A DNA stretch of 63,668 nt, the filler included, from Octopus bimaculoides (Eukaryota): NCBI RefSeq assembly GCF_001194135.2. It is 6 parts of 6 records of this genome, joined end to end, with 100 filler letters (N's around TTAATTAATTAA, not from the genome) between each part and the next. Parts side by side here need not be neighbours in the genome. Positions count along the whole stretch, not along the records: positions 8,764 to 24,996 come from NC_068989.1; 5 more parts are not named here. One strand, given 5' to 3'. Numbering within the stretch: the stretch's first letter is position 1; the number at the start of each line of letters is the position of its first letter. Both the position numbers and the translations under genes were made by a program. Below, piece after piece: positions 11,720 through 24,673 of this stretch. The notes under the pieces were generated by a model. That model saw only the letters and a program-made list of their open reading frames with translations, was not told the DNA's origin and ran no database searches.

Positions 11720-12801
11720 AATTGTACAAAACTGGAGGTCGATAAATTAAGTACCAGTGAAACCCTAGGGATGATGTAATCGACTGGTCCCCTCCCCGAA
11801 AATTTCAGGCCTTGTGACTTTACTAGAAAGGATTATTAGAATGAGGAAAGCAGCGAACAGCATGATCGTTAGTATGACGGACAAAATGCATAGCGGTGTT
11901 TCGTCCGTCTTTACGTTCTGAGTTCAAATTCCCATAAGGTCGACATTACCTTTCTTCTACTTTGGGTCGATAAAAGTCAACCTTGGCGAAATTTGTACAC
12001 AGAATGTAAGGTCGAAAGAAATGACGCTAAGCATTTTGTCCGGCGTGCAACTGGGTCTTCCAACTCGTTGTCTTTTTTATTCTAATAATCCTTTCTATTA
12101 TTGGCACAAAACCTGAAACTTTAAGGGAAGGGTCTGGTCACCCCAGTACACAAGTGGTATTTATTTTATCGACTATGAAACGGTGAAAGATAGAACCGAC
12201 CTTGAGCTCAGAAAGATAAAACCGAATTTGAGCTCAGAACATAAAGACGCACGAAATGCCGCTAAGCATTTTGTCCGGTGTGCTAACGATTCTGCCAGCT
12301 CGCTACCTTACTATTATAATAATATTTTCTATTAANNNNNNNNNNNNNNNNNNNNNNNNNNNNNNNNNNNNNNNNNNNNNNNNNNNNNNNNNNNNNNNNN
12401 NNNNNNNNNNNNNNNNNNNNNNNNNNNNNNNNNNNNNNNNNNNNNNNNNNNNNNNNNNNNNNCACGAAATGCCGCTAAGCATTTTGTCCGGTGTGCTAAC
12501 GATTCTGCCAGCTCGCTACCTTACTATTATAATAATATTTTCTATTAAAGACACAAGGCCTGAAATTTTGGGGTAGGGGACTAGTCAATTTCATCAACCC
12601 CAGTGTTTCACTGGAACTTAATTTTTCGACCCCGAATGAATGAAAGACAAAGTGGACCTCGACTGAAATTTTATCTCAGAACATAAAGACGGACGAAATG
12701 CCGCTAAGCATTTTGTCCGGTGTGTAACGATTCTGCCAGCTCGCTACCTTACTATTATAATAATATTTTCTATTAAAGACACAAGGCCTGAAATTTTGGG
12801 G
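11720..12801. mobile_element. Cluster of family A SINE copies, including head-to-tail repeats on the minus strand
   Basis: Plus-strand pieces at 11720-11970 and minus-strand copies at 11975-12310 and 12463-12801. The linker taccttactattataataatattttctattaa recurs three times. Confidence 0.8.
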
Positions 12802-13362
12802 NNNNNNNNNNNNNNNNNNNNNNNNNNNNNNNNNNNNNNNNNNNNNNNNNNNNNNNNNNNNNNNNNNNNNNNNNNNNNNNNNNNNNNNNNNNNNNNNNNN
12901 NNNNNNNNNNNNNNNNNNNNNNNNNNNNNNNNNNNNNNNNNNNNNNNNNNNNNNNNNNNNNNNNNNNNNNNNNNNNNNNNNNNNNNNNNNNNNNNNNNNN
13001 NNNNNNNNNNNNNNNNNNNNNNNNNNNNNNNNNNNNNNNNNNNNNNNNNNNNNNNNNNNNNNNNNNNNNNNNNNNNNNNNNNNNNNNNNNNNNNNNNNNN
13101 NNNNNNNNNNNNNNNNNNNNNNNNNNNNNNNNNNNNNNNNNNNNNNNNNNNNNNNNNNNNNNNNNNNNNNNNNNNNNNNNNNNNNNNNNNNNNNNNNNNN
13201 NNNNNNNNNNNNNNNNNNNNNNNNNNNNNNNNNNNNNNNNNNNNNNNNNNNNNNNNNNNNNNNNNNNNNNNNNNNNNNNNNNNNNNNNNNNNNNNNNNNN
13301 NNNNNNNNNNNNNNNNNNNNNNNNNNNNNNNNNNNNNNNNNNNNNNNNNNNNNNNNNNNNNN

Positions 13363-13433
13363 TCTACTAGAGCCTCGGGCCGACCAAAGCCTTGTGAGTG
13401 GATTTCGTAGACGGAAACTGAGAGAAGCCCGTC

Positions 13434-13512
<79 letters not shown>

Positions 13513-13745
13513 TAGATATAGATATAGATATATGTATGTATGTATGTGTGTGTGTGTGTCTGTGTTTGTACCCCACCATCGCTTGATAACCGTTGCTGGT
13601 GTCTTTACGTCCCTGTAACTTAGCGGTTCGGCAAAAAGAGACCGATAGAATAAGTACTAGGCTTCCAAAGAATAAGTCCTGGGGTCGATTTTCTCGACTA
13701 AAGGCAGCATGGCCGCAGTCAAATGACTGAAACAAGTAAAAGAGT
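13363..13745 (+). mobile_element. SINE family C with expanded internal (TA)/(GATA)/(TG) microsatellite
   Basis: Left module ends aagcccgtcg at about 13434, about 125 bp of compound repeat follows, then the conserved right module. Confidence 0.9.
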
Positions 13746-13914
13746 AAAATAGACTAACCTATATTTAAAATGCTATGATAATGTGGCGTTCACTAGAGTG
13801 GTAGAACTCCTTTCATACTTCAACGGTTGTAACGTGACATATTCAGGAACAGAGATCGTGAAACAATGCCTGAATACCACGAACGCATACACCGCAGACG
13901 CATTCGCACAAACA

Positions 13915-13929
13915 CGCTCTCTCTCTCTA

Positions 13930-13987
<58 letters not shown>

Positions 13988-14005
13988 TCTCTCTCTCTCT
14001 CCCTC
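13915..14005. repeat. (CT)n microsatellite
   Basis: Directly visible. Confidence 0.95.
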
Positions 14006-14517
14006 TATCTCCCTTTCTCTTTCTTTTTTCTCTCGTGCTCTCGCGCTCTCCCACACACCATCGCACTCATATACACACGCACAGTGACGTCCTATGTTAT
14101 ACGACTGGGCAATCGCTCAAGGGTCTCACATGTATAGCAGCCTAATTCGGATCTAGATATACTGAAATTTACCGTCAATGAATACTATATAGACTCCAGT
14201 GCATTAACTTGTCCAGGAGCCCATGTTTGATATTCAAATAATAGAGACAGACTTGTTTATAAATATAAGACACGCATTTCAATTGTAACTGTATCAATGT
14301 TAAATGTTTTGAGTAACTTATGAAAATATAAAAGGAAAAAGGAACGAGGTAGTTTTCGTGTTCAGTGTTTCATGAACAATGGACGAATAAAAAATGTTAG
14401 GATATGTGTGCGTGTGTGTGTGTGAGAGAGAGAGAGTGCGTGCGCGCACATGATGAATGCAGAAATAAACGTATATACATGTGTGTGTGTGTGTGTATAT
14501 ATTTATATACTCTCTTT

Positions 14518-14721
14518 TACTCTCTTTTACGTGTTTCAGTCATTTGACTGCAACCATGCTGGGGCACCGCCTTTAGTCGAGCAAATCGACCCCAGGACCT
14601 ATTCTTTGTAAGCCTGGTACTTGTTCTATCGGTCTCTTTTGCCGAACCGCTAAGTTACGGGGACGTAAACACACCAGGATCGGTTGACAAGCGAAGTTGG
14701 GGGGACAAACAGACACCCAAG

Positions 14722-14755
<34 letters not shown>

Positions 14756-14756
14756 N
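14518..14756 (-). mobile_element. SINE family C right module, running into (CA)n and a gap
   Basis: Reverse complement of the right module (tttcagtcatttgactgcaaccatgctggggcaccgcctttagtcgagcaaatcgacccc...). Confidence 0.85.
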
Positions 14757-15190
14757 NNNNNNNNNNNNNNNNNNNNNNNNNNNNNNNNNNNNNNNNNNNN
14801 NNNNNNNNNNNNNNNNNNNNNNNNNNNNNNNNNNNNNNNNNNNNNNNNNNNNNNNNNNNNNNNNNNNNNNNNNNNNNNNNNNNNNNNNNNNNNNNNNNNN
14901 NNNNNNNNNNNNNNNNNNNNNNNNNNNNNNNNNNNNNNNNNNNNNNNNNNNNNNNNNNNNNNNNNNNNNNNNNNNNNNNNNNNNNNNNNNNNNNNNNNNN
15001 NNNNNNNNNNNNNNNNNNNNNNNNNNNNNNNNNNNNNNNNNNNNNNNNNNNNNNNNNNNNNNNNNNNNNNNNNNNNNNNNNNNNNNNNNNNNNNNNNNNN
15101 NNNNNNNNNNNNNNNNNNNNNNNNNNNNNNNNATATGTCTGTGTTTATATATGTAGATATGATGTGTACCTTTGAACGCATATGTGTGCG

Positions 15191-15233
<43 letters not shown>

Positions 15234-15995
15234 ATGTATATTTATATTATGTACATTTGTATGATTGTATACACACAATCACACGCACATACCTTTTTGG
15301 CATGAGTCAAAACGTCTTCCACAATCAGAGAGAATAGTAAAATAATGAAGGTGTGGTATGTTATGTGGGCTAAAATATTTCTTTATATTTTCTTTCATTT
15401 TTTTTTTTTAGTTTCTTTCTTCTTGGATATATTTTATACAACACCAGTTCCTATTCTTTCGCTATATATATATATATATATATATATNNNNNNNNNNNNN
15501 NNNNNNNNNNNNNNNNNNNNNNNNNNNNNNNNNNNNNNNNNNNNNNNNNNNNNNNNNNNNNNNNNNNNNNNNNNNNNNNNNNNNNNNNNNNNNNNNNNNN
15601 NNNNNNNNNNNNNNNNNNNNNNNNNNNNNNNNNNNNNNNNNNNNNNNNNNNNNNNNNNNNNNNNNNNNNNNNNNNNNNNNNNNNNNNNNNNNNNNNNNNN
15701 NNNNNNNNNNNNNNNNNNNNNNNNNNNNNNNNNNNNNNNNNNNNNNNNNNNNNNNNNNNNNNNNNNNNNNNNNNNNNNNNNNNNNNNNNNNNNNNNNNNN
15801 NNNNNNNNNNNNNNNNNNNNNNNNNNNNNNNNNNNNNNNNNNNNNNNNNNNNNNNNNNNNNNNNNNNNNNNNNNNNNNNNNNNNNNNNNNNNNNNNNNNN
15901 NNNNNNNNNNNNNNNNNNNNNNNNNNNNNNNNNNNNNNNNNNNNNNNNNNNNNNNNNNNNNNNNNNNNNNNNNNNNNNNNNNNNNNNNNNNNNNN

Positions 15996-16036
<41 letters not shown>

Positions 16037-16041
16037 CGTGT

Positions 16042-16374
16042 GTGAAGGCACATGGCTAAGTGTTTAGGGCATGTGGCTCACGATCGTAAGGTCGTGAGTT
16101 CAATTCCCGGCGACGCATTGTGTCATTCAGCAAGGCATTTTATTTCCCGTTTCTCCAGTCCACTCAGCTGGCAAAAATAAGTAGTAGCTGTATTTCAAAG
16201 AGCCAGCCTTCTAAGACACTGTGTCACACTGAATATCCCTGAGAACTACGTTAAGTGTAGTCTACGTTAAGAGTGTCTGCGGAGTGCTCAGCCACTTGAG
16301 CGTTAATTTCAGGAGCAAGCTGTTCCGTTGATCGTATCAGCTGGGACCCTCGTCGTTGAACAGATGGAGTGCTC
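16042..16374 (+). mobile_element. tRNA-derived SINE with CORE-like body and tail T1
   Basis: Head ggcacatggctaagtgtttagggc...gagttcaattcc; body ttgtgtcattcagcaaggcattttatttc...ccactcagctggcaaaaat; tail gagtgctcagccacttgagcgttaatttcaggagcaagctgttccgttgatc shared with family B. Confidence 0.8.
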
Positions 16375-17269
16375 CTATACATATGTTCTCTTCTTCCACC
16401 CTATTCCCTTTTCTTGCTTACCCTTTCTTCTTTTTCAACTTAACTCTTATCTTCTTTTTTCTTCTCTTTCCCTTCTTCTCCCTTCTCCCCCCCCCCCACA
16501 CACCTTATTTCTTTACTGCTTCTTCATCTCTGTCCTTAATTACCTGATATTTGAATATATCATGAAATATTATTCGAAAATTGCATATCATTCTGTTTAT
16601 TAAACGTATATCTTTATGTATAGGCTTACTTATAAGNNNNNNNNNNNNNNNNNNNNNNNNNNNNNNNNNNNNNNNNNNNNNNNNNNNNNNNNNNNNNNNN
16701 NNNNNNNNNNNNNNNNNNNNNNNNNNNNNNNNNNNNNNNNNNNNNNNNNNNNNNNNNNNNNNNNNNNNNNNNNNNNNNNNNNNNNNNNNNNNNNNNNNNN
16801 NNNNNNNNNNNNNNNNNNNNNNNNNNNNNNNNNNNNNNNNNNNNNNNNNNNNNNNNNNNNNNNNNNNNNNNNNNNNNNNNNNNNNNNNNNNNNNNNNNNN
16901 NNNNNNNNNNNNNNNNNNNNNNNNNNNNNNNNNNNNNNNNNNNNNNNNNNNNNNNNNNNNNNNNNNNNNNNNNNNNNNNNNNNNNNNNNNNNNNNNNNNN
17001 NNNNNNNNNNNNNNNNNNNNNNNNNNNNNNNNNNNNNNNNNNNNNNNNNNNNNNNNNNNNNNNNNNNNNNNNNNNNNNNNNNNNNNNNNNNNNNNNNNNN
17101 NNNNNNNNNNNNNNNNNNNNNNNNNNNNNNNNNNNNNNNNNNNNNNNNNNNNNNNNNNNNNNNNNNNNNNNNNNNNNNNNNNNNNNNNNNNNNNNNNNNN
17201 NNNNNNNNNNNNNNNNNNNNNNNNNNNNNNNNNNNNNNNNNNNNNNNNCAATGTGTAACAAAGATATAG

Positions 17270-18043
17270 TAAATTTCGAAGGAGTCCTTTTAAATATCTT
17301 TAAAACAATCTAGTTCCATAACAACAGCTTTCAAGATAAGTTACCCGAAAATTCTACATCTCTACTCAAAGTAGGAAAGTTGCTTTTTTCCTACTATAAA
17401 TCTAGGAATTTCTGCAGCTTAGACATTAGCATATATAAAAGGTTCCTTTATCAAATTATATAGCAAATATTTAGAATTTTGTAAACGTGACTTATAGATC
17501 TATTGCTCATGAAACGGAGGAATTATCAGGAACATTGAAGATAAATGATAGAGTAAGAGGCCTGGTATTCTGGTCTCTTTTTATAACCATAAATTAAACT
17601 TTGAGTGCAAGCAAGCGTAGACAGTGAGTCAACGAGAGCCATAGTTAAGTATAATTAGTAAAATAATATTAGATAAATATTCTTAGGGTGAAAGATGTTT
17701 CATTGAAGTTATAGTGCAACATTTTGTAAGTACCAGGAGGATGAAAATAGAACAATTGTAGGTTCAGGCAGTTTGATATTGCAAACTTTTCTCCTTCAAT
17801 AACTAATCCCTTCTTAATGAAAGACCTACATTTCGTGAAAACAATCAGTCATACTTGTGAGTCAGGCTTTAATGGGATTATGAATAAAAGAAAACCAAAT
17901 ATGCTTTTCAATAATGAAATTTGAGTAACGAAAAGCAAGGATGGTGACTATAAGGGATGACATATATATATATATATATATATATATANNNNNNNNNNNN
18001 NNNNNNNNNNNNNNNNNNNNNNNNNNNNNNNNNNNNNNNNATA

Positions 18044-18109
<66 letters not shown>

Positions 18110-18935
18110 ATGATGCTCAGAAGAATGAAATTATAGACTTATATAGTCTAGATTTATTGAAAATGAAATTTTCTCCACTGGTTTGTTGCTTATATCACGA
18201 TCACGGCCTCATTCTATCGAGAAATTCTAATGATCATAAGTTAGATAAATTTAAGTAGAATCTGATTAGAGTATTTCAGGGCTTAGAATAATCGTAGATT
18301 CTAACCCTATCGCTGTAATTTTCTAGACATTGTAGTACCAAATTTTATAGATAATGAGAAATTAGATTACATATACTGAATCACAAATCATCCATCCAGT
18401 GTCTTGATATACTTAGTTGGCAACGTTAGTAAACATCTATTTTCCGTTCAAATTCTTTAATAAACGAGCAGTCGATATTCTGAAGCATTCAGAAATAGTG
18501 GATTCTCCGATATGGTTAAATACGTAAAAGGTACTGAGGGTATAGTATAGGAATAGCTGAAAGTAATATATTTTGGTACAATCAATCCATTGTTTAGTCA
18601 AAAAGTAATAAAAAAATATAGCAAGAGAATTCCCTATTAAAATAGATTACCATTTTCCCATGGGACATCATTATGGTAAGATTTTAAACAGGAACTCTGT
18701 TATGGTTAGTTATTCAGCTGGCAGGAATTTAGGTTGATATGTCAAAGGTTGTAATGCTGCAATGCCGAATGAAAAGAAATTGGCAAGCAGCTGGCTAAAA
18801 TTCATGTCATTCCAAAATTCTTGAGAACTGCGCACAAGGTGGTACATGTTTGGTAAAATAGATAATATAGAACCCTAAAATAGAAGCCAAAGAAAATAGA
18901 GATGAACTTAGAGTATACAGTAGGGCAACGTAATT
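17270..18935 (+). mobile_element. Penelope-like element pseudogene (YRDD-type RT, thumb, linker and start of GIY-YIG), split by a microsatellite and gap
   Basis: Frameshifted segments: NSFQDKL...KSRNF; QFDIANF/SPSIT (17769); LYHDHGL (18190-18210, decayed YRDDGL); HPSSVL; INPLFSQKV...HFPMGHHYGKILNRNSVMVSYS; ENCAQGGTCLVK*II...RVYSRAT. Confidence 0.85.
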
Positions 18936-19784
18936 CATCAAGAGATTAGTGCAGTGCTATGTAAAGAATTACTGTTGCTACTACTTGTACGACTACTGTT
19001 ATTCCTGCCACTATTGTCTGTATCATTAGTATCCACTACTACTTTTACTAGTCATTTGTTTACTGAATCTCGAAATACTTTTGACCACAAGCCAATGGTG
19101 GGGGAACCTTTTCACTGTCACTTGATATGATAAAAGTGGCAAACCAATCACCGTTACACCACACCCAAAGTCCTTCAAAAAAACGAAGGAGAAATTGTAC
19201 AATGTTGTTCTCAGATATTCCAATAGACGGGCAGATTATGAACCAAGGATGGAACCAACCTTTATTCAAACCTTCCTTCAAAAGATCTGCTTGATAAATG
19301 ATTTAGAAATCAACATGGATTGTCACAACTTCAGAATTTCACATTTTGTTCTAACTAATGCGAAAGCTCACGATTTCCTGAATAACTGAAAATGATTACT
19401 TACTCAAAGAAGATATCATCTTTATTACACAGATCAGTGAAAACTGTTTCGCTACATCAAACATTTCCTTTGAGATATCTTTATTTTAAGTCATATTATA
19501 CGCAGAGACAGACATGATAATATTTTGTAACAATCCGACGGACATTATCCAACACTGGTCAGCATTTTTTAACCATTAAATCCAGCCATTTATCAGTCCA
19601 TACAATCTATTTTCCGATATACGTAATACTTCAGTCAGTCTATTATAACCATAGATTTTTGTTCATTTTTTTTTTCAACAACACATTTTATATTTTTCTT
19701 TTTTACATCACATATCGAATACTCACCTGATTATCAATATTTCCAGACTATTCTAGTTTTAGAATCTACAGTAGAAATTTTTAG

Positions 19785-19831
<47 letters not shown>

Positions 19832-20989
19832 NNNNNNNNNNNNNNNNNNNNNNNNNNNNNNNNNNNNNNNNNNNNNNNNNNNNNNNNNNNNNNNNNNNNN
19901 NNNNNNNNNNNNNNNNNNNNNNNNNNNNNNNNNNNNNNNNNNNNNNNNNNNNNNNNNNNNNNNNNNNNNNNNNNNNNNNNNNNNNNNNNNNNNNNNNNNN
20001 NNNNNNNNNNNNNNNNNNNNATATATATATACATATATATATATATATACAAAAATATAAATACATACATATATATATATACAAAGATATAAATATATAC
20101 ATATATATATATATATACACGCACACTCACACACACATATATATGTATATATGTATAATACATACATATATACATACACAAATGTATATAAATATATATT
20201 TAAAGTAATAGAAGTGAAACTAATATATATAGATACATAATGAAAGTAATTGAAATTGAAACCATATAATAGTGAGAGTATTAATAGAGATGTTATTGTT
20301 TCACTTTTGACACGTAATACGGAAACAGCGTAAGAGATTAGAGTTTGCCCCGGACTCGCATTAGTCAAGAAGTTGAAAAGATTTTTGGCCCATGACACTG
20401 CACGGACCTTACGGAAGGCATGTGTAAAATTTGAATGAAAACTGTTGGGTAGTGCTCGATTTTTATTGATGCACACAGACAGACAGACACACATTCTCAG
20501 TTTTATATATACATATGTGTGTGTGTGTTATTGTGGTAAGATGCTTGCTCCTCAACGACATGATTCCAGGTTCAGTTTCGGTCATACAGGGGCACTACGT
20601 TGAAAGACTTAGTTGAATGAATCAACCCCCGTCTTGTTTTGAAACCTGGAAAAAATTCTCTCCTTCCAGAACCGCTAGCTACACATAAATAAATCAATAG
20701 CGTTTGTGAAGCGATGGCGGAAAACACACTCAAACACACGCGCGCGCGCACACACACACACACACATACTTCCCTTGATCTTCCACATCCTCTCCTGCTT
20801 CTCCATTTGCTCCCTCCCGCTAGAACCGTAGAACCAACTGGTTCAGAATCAAATTTCTTACCATACAGCCACAACTTGACATCTGTGTGATTGTATAATG
20901 TCTATGTGTTTGTGTAGGTTTGTGCGTGTATGATTTTATGTTTGTGCGTGTGCTTGTGTGTATGTGCGTGTGTGTGTATATGTTGTTGT

Positions 20990-21368
20990 TGACACTCAGT
21001 CGCTTACGACGTCGAAGGTTCCAGTTGATCCGATCAACGGAACAGCCTGCTCGTGAAATTAACGTGCAAGTGGCTGAGCACTCCACAGACACGTGTACCC
21101 TTAACGTAGTTCTCAGGGATATTCAGCGTGACAGAGTCTGACAAGGCTGACCCTTTGAATTACAGGCACAACAGAAACAGCAAGTAAGAGTGAGAGAAAG
21201 TTGTGGCGAAAGAGTACAGCAGGGTTCGCCACCATCCCCTGCCGGAGCCTCGTGGAGCTTTAGGTGTTTTCGCTCAATAAACACTCACAACGCCCGGTCT
21301 GGGAATCGAAACAGCGATCCTATAACCGCGAGTCCGCTGCCCTAACCACTGGGCCATTGCGCCTCCAC
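20990..21368 (-). mobile_element. SINE family B, full length
   Basis: Minus strand starts gtggaggcgcaatggcccagtggttagggcagcggactcgcggttataggatcgctgtttcgattccc (tRNA-like A and B boxes), then body X and tail T1 ending in (ACA)n. Confidence 0.9.
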
Positions 21369-21761
21369 TGTGTGTATATGTATACATATATTATATGTAA
21401 AGGATAGATCCACGGATCCAGATGTAGGAAGTTAGTAAGCTTTGAGCGGTCTGTAAAAGGTATAAAAAGCAACTTTCAAGAATAATTGTGGTTTATTGGC
21501 GTAAAAGGTTGTGAATTTTTTCCGGTATCGAAGTTCGATAAGCTGAAAAAAACCTATTTTATAGTTCATGGTTAGCAACTGGGTTTTCTATGAATGCGAA
21601 TAAAAATCCAAAACGAGGGAATGGAACCGGTAAAACCCAGACTACATATGTATCCTGGCTAGCAGAACCTCGGAAGTAGTAATTACTCAACGAAGAATAC
21701 TACACTACACTACACTACACACACAGATACACACACACAGACACACAGAGACAGACACACA

Positions 21762-21808
<47 letters not shown>

Positions 21809-22307
21809 ACATACATCAGCTGAATAAAGTTAAGACATCGTCTAGTTTTCACGTTTTTTCATTACGGAATTTTGTCAGTGAACAGGTCGCGGTCTTAAAG
21901 CGACGAAAATTCTGGCAAATTAAATTTAAATGTTGAAGTCAATCTAACGGTTTTTGTGTGTTTCTTAAATGGATTATAAACACCTTCCACGCTGCAATTG
22001 TTTTCGTTCCAGCACCCGATCTCTTGCTATGCAAGTACATCTCTGTAATAATTTTTTTTTACAATGTTGAAGTGTGTTAGACATTAAAAATATATTTTGT
22101 AATGTTTATAAAGTTCAATTAGTGTTTTCATACGTTCGTAGTAATCACCAGATTTCAAAATGTATTTACCTGACAGTTGAGTTCTTGACAACTGTAGTAA
22201 ATGACACGATCTTCTTCCTTTTTGTACCTCTTAGAAGGCTCAAACAAGCCGAATTTTGGGGGCATGGTCAAAAGGACTAGACGAGGAAAGAAGAAAGAAA
22301 GAAAGAA

Positions 22308-22339
<32 letters not shown>

Positions 22340-23679
22340 ATGAATGAAAAAGGAGTGTTTGATAGTGGTTAAGATATTATGAGGGGGTTGGGAGAGGAGT
22401 AGGGGGATAGGAAGAGATAAGAATGTAAGGAAGAAATATGTATGAGGAGTGTGTGGTGGGGTGATATGTTTGAAAGGTACTAAGGTGGAGGGATGGGTAC
22501 ACTAAAGTGAGTAGTAAATCTGAAAAAAGGAAGGGAAGAATAATAAGATATAATGGTCAAGTTTCTAAAGATAGACGAAGGTGTTTATTGTACTAGCTAA
22601 TGTGATAGTGGAGGCTGAGGAATCAGAGAGAGAAAGAAAAATATGGATATAGATATATGCACGCATATACGTGTGTATATGCACTATCATATATGCCCGC
22701 ATAGTTATGTACTTAAACCCATGCGCGTATATGCATGTAATCCTAACCCTAACCCTAATGTCTTGCTAACGACTAGAAGATAAACATTTATCAATCCCAC
22801 AATGCATTTAACTGGTTTGTAACAAGAGAAGGAAAACAGCAATAAATGGATAATAGCCTTAGTTTCTTTGATTTATGCTGCGCTGCTGCTGCTGTTGTTG
22901 TTTACAGCTAGTGTTTGCCTGTTTTTTTTTTTTTAAATATGAACGGCCTTTTATCTTTTGTTTCCGTCACTGAACTGTAGCCATGCTGGGGCACTGCCAT
23001 GACAGGTTTAGTGAAACTAATCAACCCCTGTACTTACATTTTTGAATTATTTTGTTTCATAATATACATTTATTTGCATATTATGCCTTATACTGTTAAT
23101 TATTCATCACATGCTTGAAACAGCCGTAAAGAAAGAGTAACAACTCGTATAAATGTATCCCTTATAACTCTAAATGTTTGTCCGTCTCTCCCTTTATGTA
23201 TCTGCTGGAACTTTATCTCTCTTCTAGACGACTCATTTGTTTCTGTAGTGCTTTTAACCCGATAAAGAAACTGGAGTTTAAGACTTCGATCTGCTTGAGC
23301 ACTAATTATGTAGTCATCTATTCCACCATATACGTATACACATGTGCACATGTAATAATAATAATAATTCTTTCTCTTATAGTCACAAGGCCTGAATTTT
23401 GTGGGGAGGGAACTAGTTGATTACATTGACCCCAGAATTCAAGTGGTCCTTATTTCATAGACCACGAAATGATGGAAGGCACTGACGACCTCAGCAGAAT
23501 TTGAACTCATAACGTAAAAGACGGACGAAATGCTGCTAAAACGACTAACAGTCACTGAAGAAATATTTTAGGAAAACAAATATATATATATATATGATTG
23601 AGTGTAACTTCGAGGTTTCATCGATGAGGCTTTATCAAAGGTGTAATCTGTATGAAGGGAAGCTTTGCCAATATATATA

Positions 23680-23687
23680 GCAGCAGC

Positions 23688-23746
<59 letters not shown>

Positions 23747-23766
23747 CGGTGGTGGTGGTGGTGGTG
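23680..23766. repeat. (GTA)n-(GGT)n compound microsatellite
   Basis: Directly visible. Source of the poly-Ser and poly-Val ORFs. Confidence 0.95.
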
Positions 23767-24673
23767 NNNNNNNNNNNNNNNNNNNNNNNNNNNNNNNNNN
23801 NNNNNNNNNNNNNNNNNNNNNNNNNNNNNNNNNNNNNNNNNNNNNNNNNNNNNNNNNNNNNNNNNNNNNNNNNNNNNNNNNNNNNNNNNNNNNNNNNNNN
23901 NNNNNNNNNNNNNNNNNNNNNNNNNNNNNNNNNNNNNNNNNNNNNNNNNNNNNNNNNNNNNNNNNNNNNNNNNNNNNNNNNNNNNNNNNNNNNNNNNNNN
24001 NNNNNNNNNNNNNNNNNNNNNNNNNNNNNNNNNNNNNNNNNNNNNNNNNNNNNNNNNNNNNNNNNNNNNGTAGGAAGTGAGGGAAAGGAAAGGAAGGGAA
24101 GAGATGGGGAGGTGATGGTGATGGGGAGAAGGGGTGGAAATTGAAGGAGGAGGAGGAGATGGAGGAGGGGGAAGTGGAGGTGGAGGAGATGGAGGAGGGG
24201 AAGTGGAGGAGGAGGAGGGGGGATCAGCTGATGTGGCGGAAGAGGGGAGGTGGATGAAGAGGAGGCATACGTCTGCGATGGGTTAAAGGATTTAAGCTCT
24301 AATTATAAATATTAGCTAACGTCAAGCATTTAATGATTATCAAACGCGCAAAACAATAGTACTGCTCGACTATCTTTTTACTGAGTTATGATTAATATTA
24401 ATACTATTGTTTTGTAATCTCAGCCTAGACAACATTGTAATTATCAGTATGGTCTGATGTAATAATAATTTAAAATATTTGTGAATGGCAAGTATTATAC
24501 TTGGAACAATGGATCAATGGATATACGTGATGCGGTCGTCACTAAAACTTGGTTTAGCAATGTAAGCTCTTCTTTAAAAATTGTTAGTCATAATCATAGG
24601 ATTTTTTTTTAAAGTTAAATATTCCTTAAACTTGGTTTAATGAATGTCAATTAGATTTAATGTATATATGTGT

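Noticed and set aside
12245-12801. CRISPR-like repeat-spacer pattern
   Set aside because: The intervening sequence is SINE body rather than unique spacers, the context is eukaryotic, and there are no cas genes.
18735-18737. In-frame TGA codons in the Penelope-like ORF as possible selenocysteine (reported for some Naiad elements)
   Set aside because: The ORF also has TAG/TAA stops and frameshifts. The TGA at 17922 replaces an expected Trp and the one at 18735 is not at a Cys position. No SECIS was identified.
19000-19700. Coding-like unique stretch after the Penelope-like element
   Set aside because: No frame gave a motif I could assign. It may be another decayed element, but that is unsupported.
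21290-21368. tRNA genes
   Set aside because: The tRNA-like A/B-box segments are SINE heads joined to SINE bodies and lack a complete cloverleaf.
22741-22760. Telomeric (CCCTAA)n
   Set aside because: Only about three units, too short to support an interstitial telomere call.
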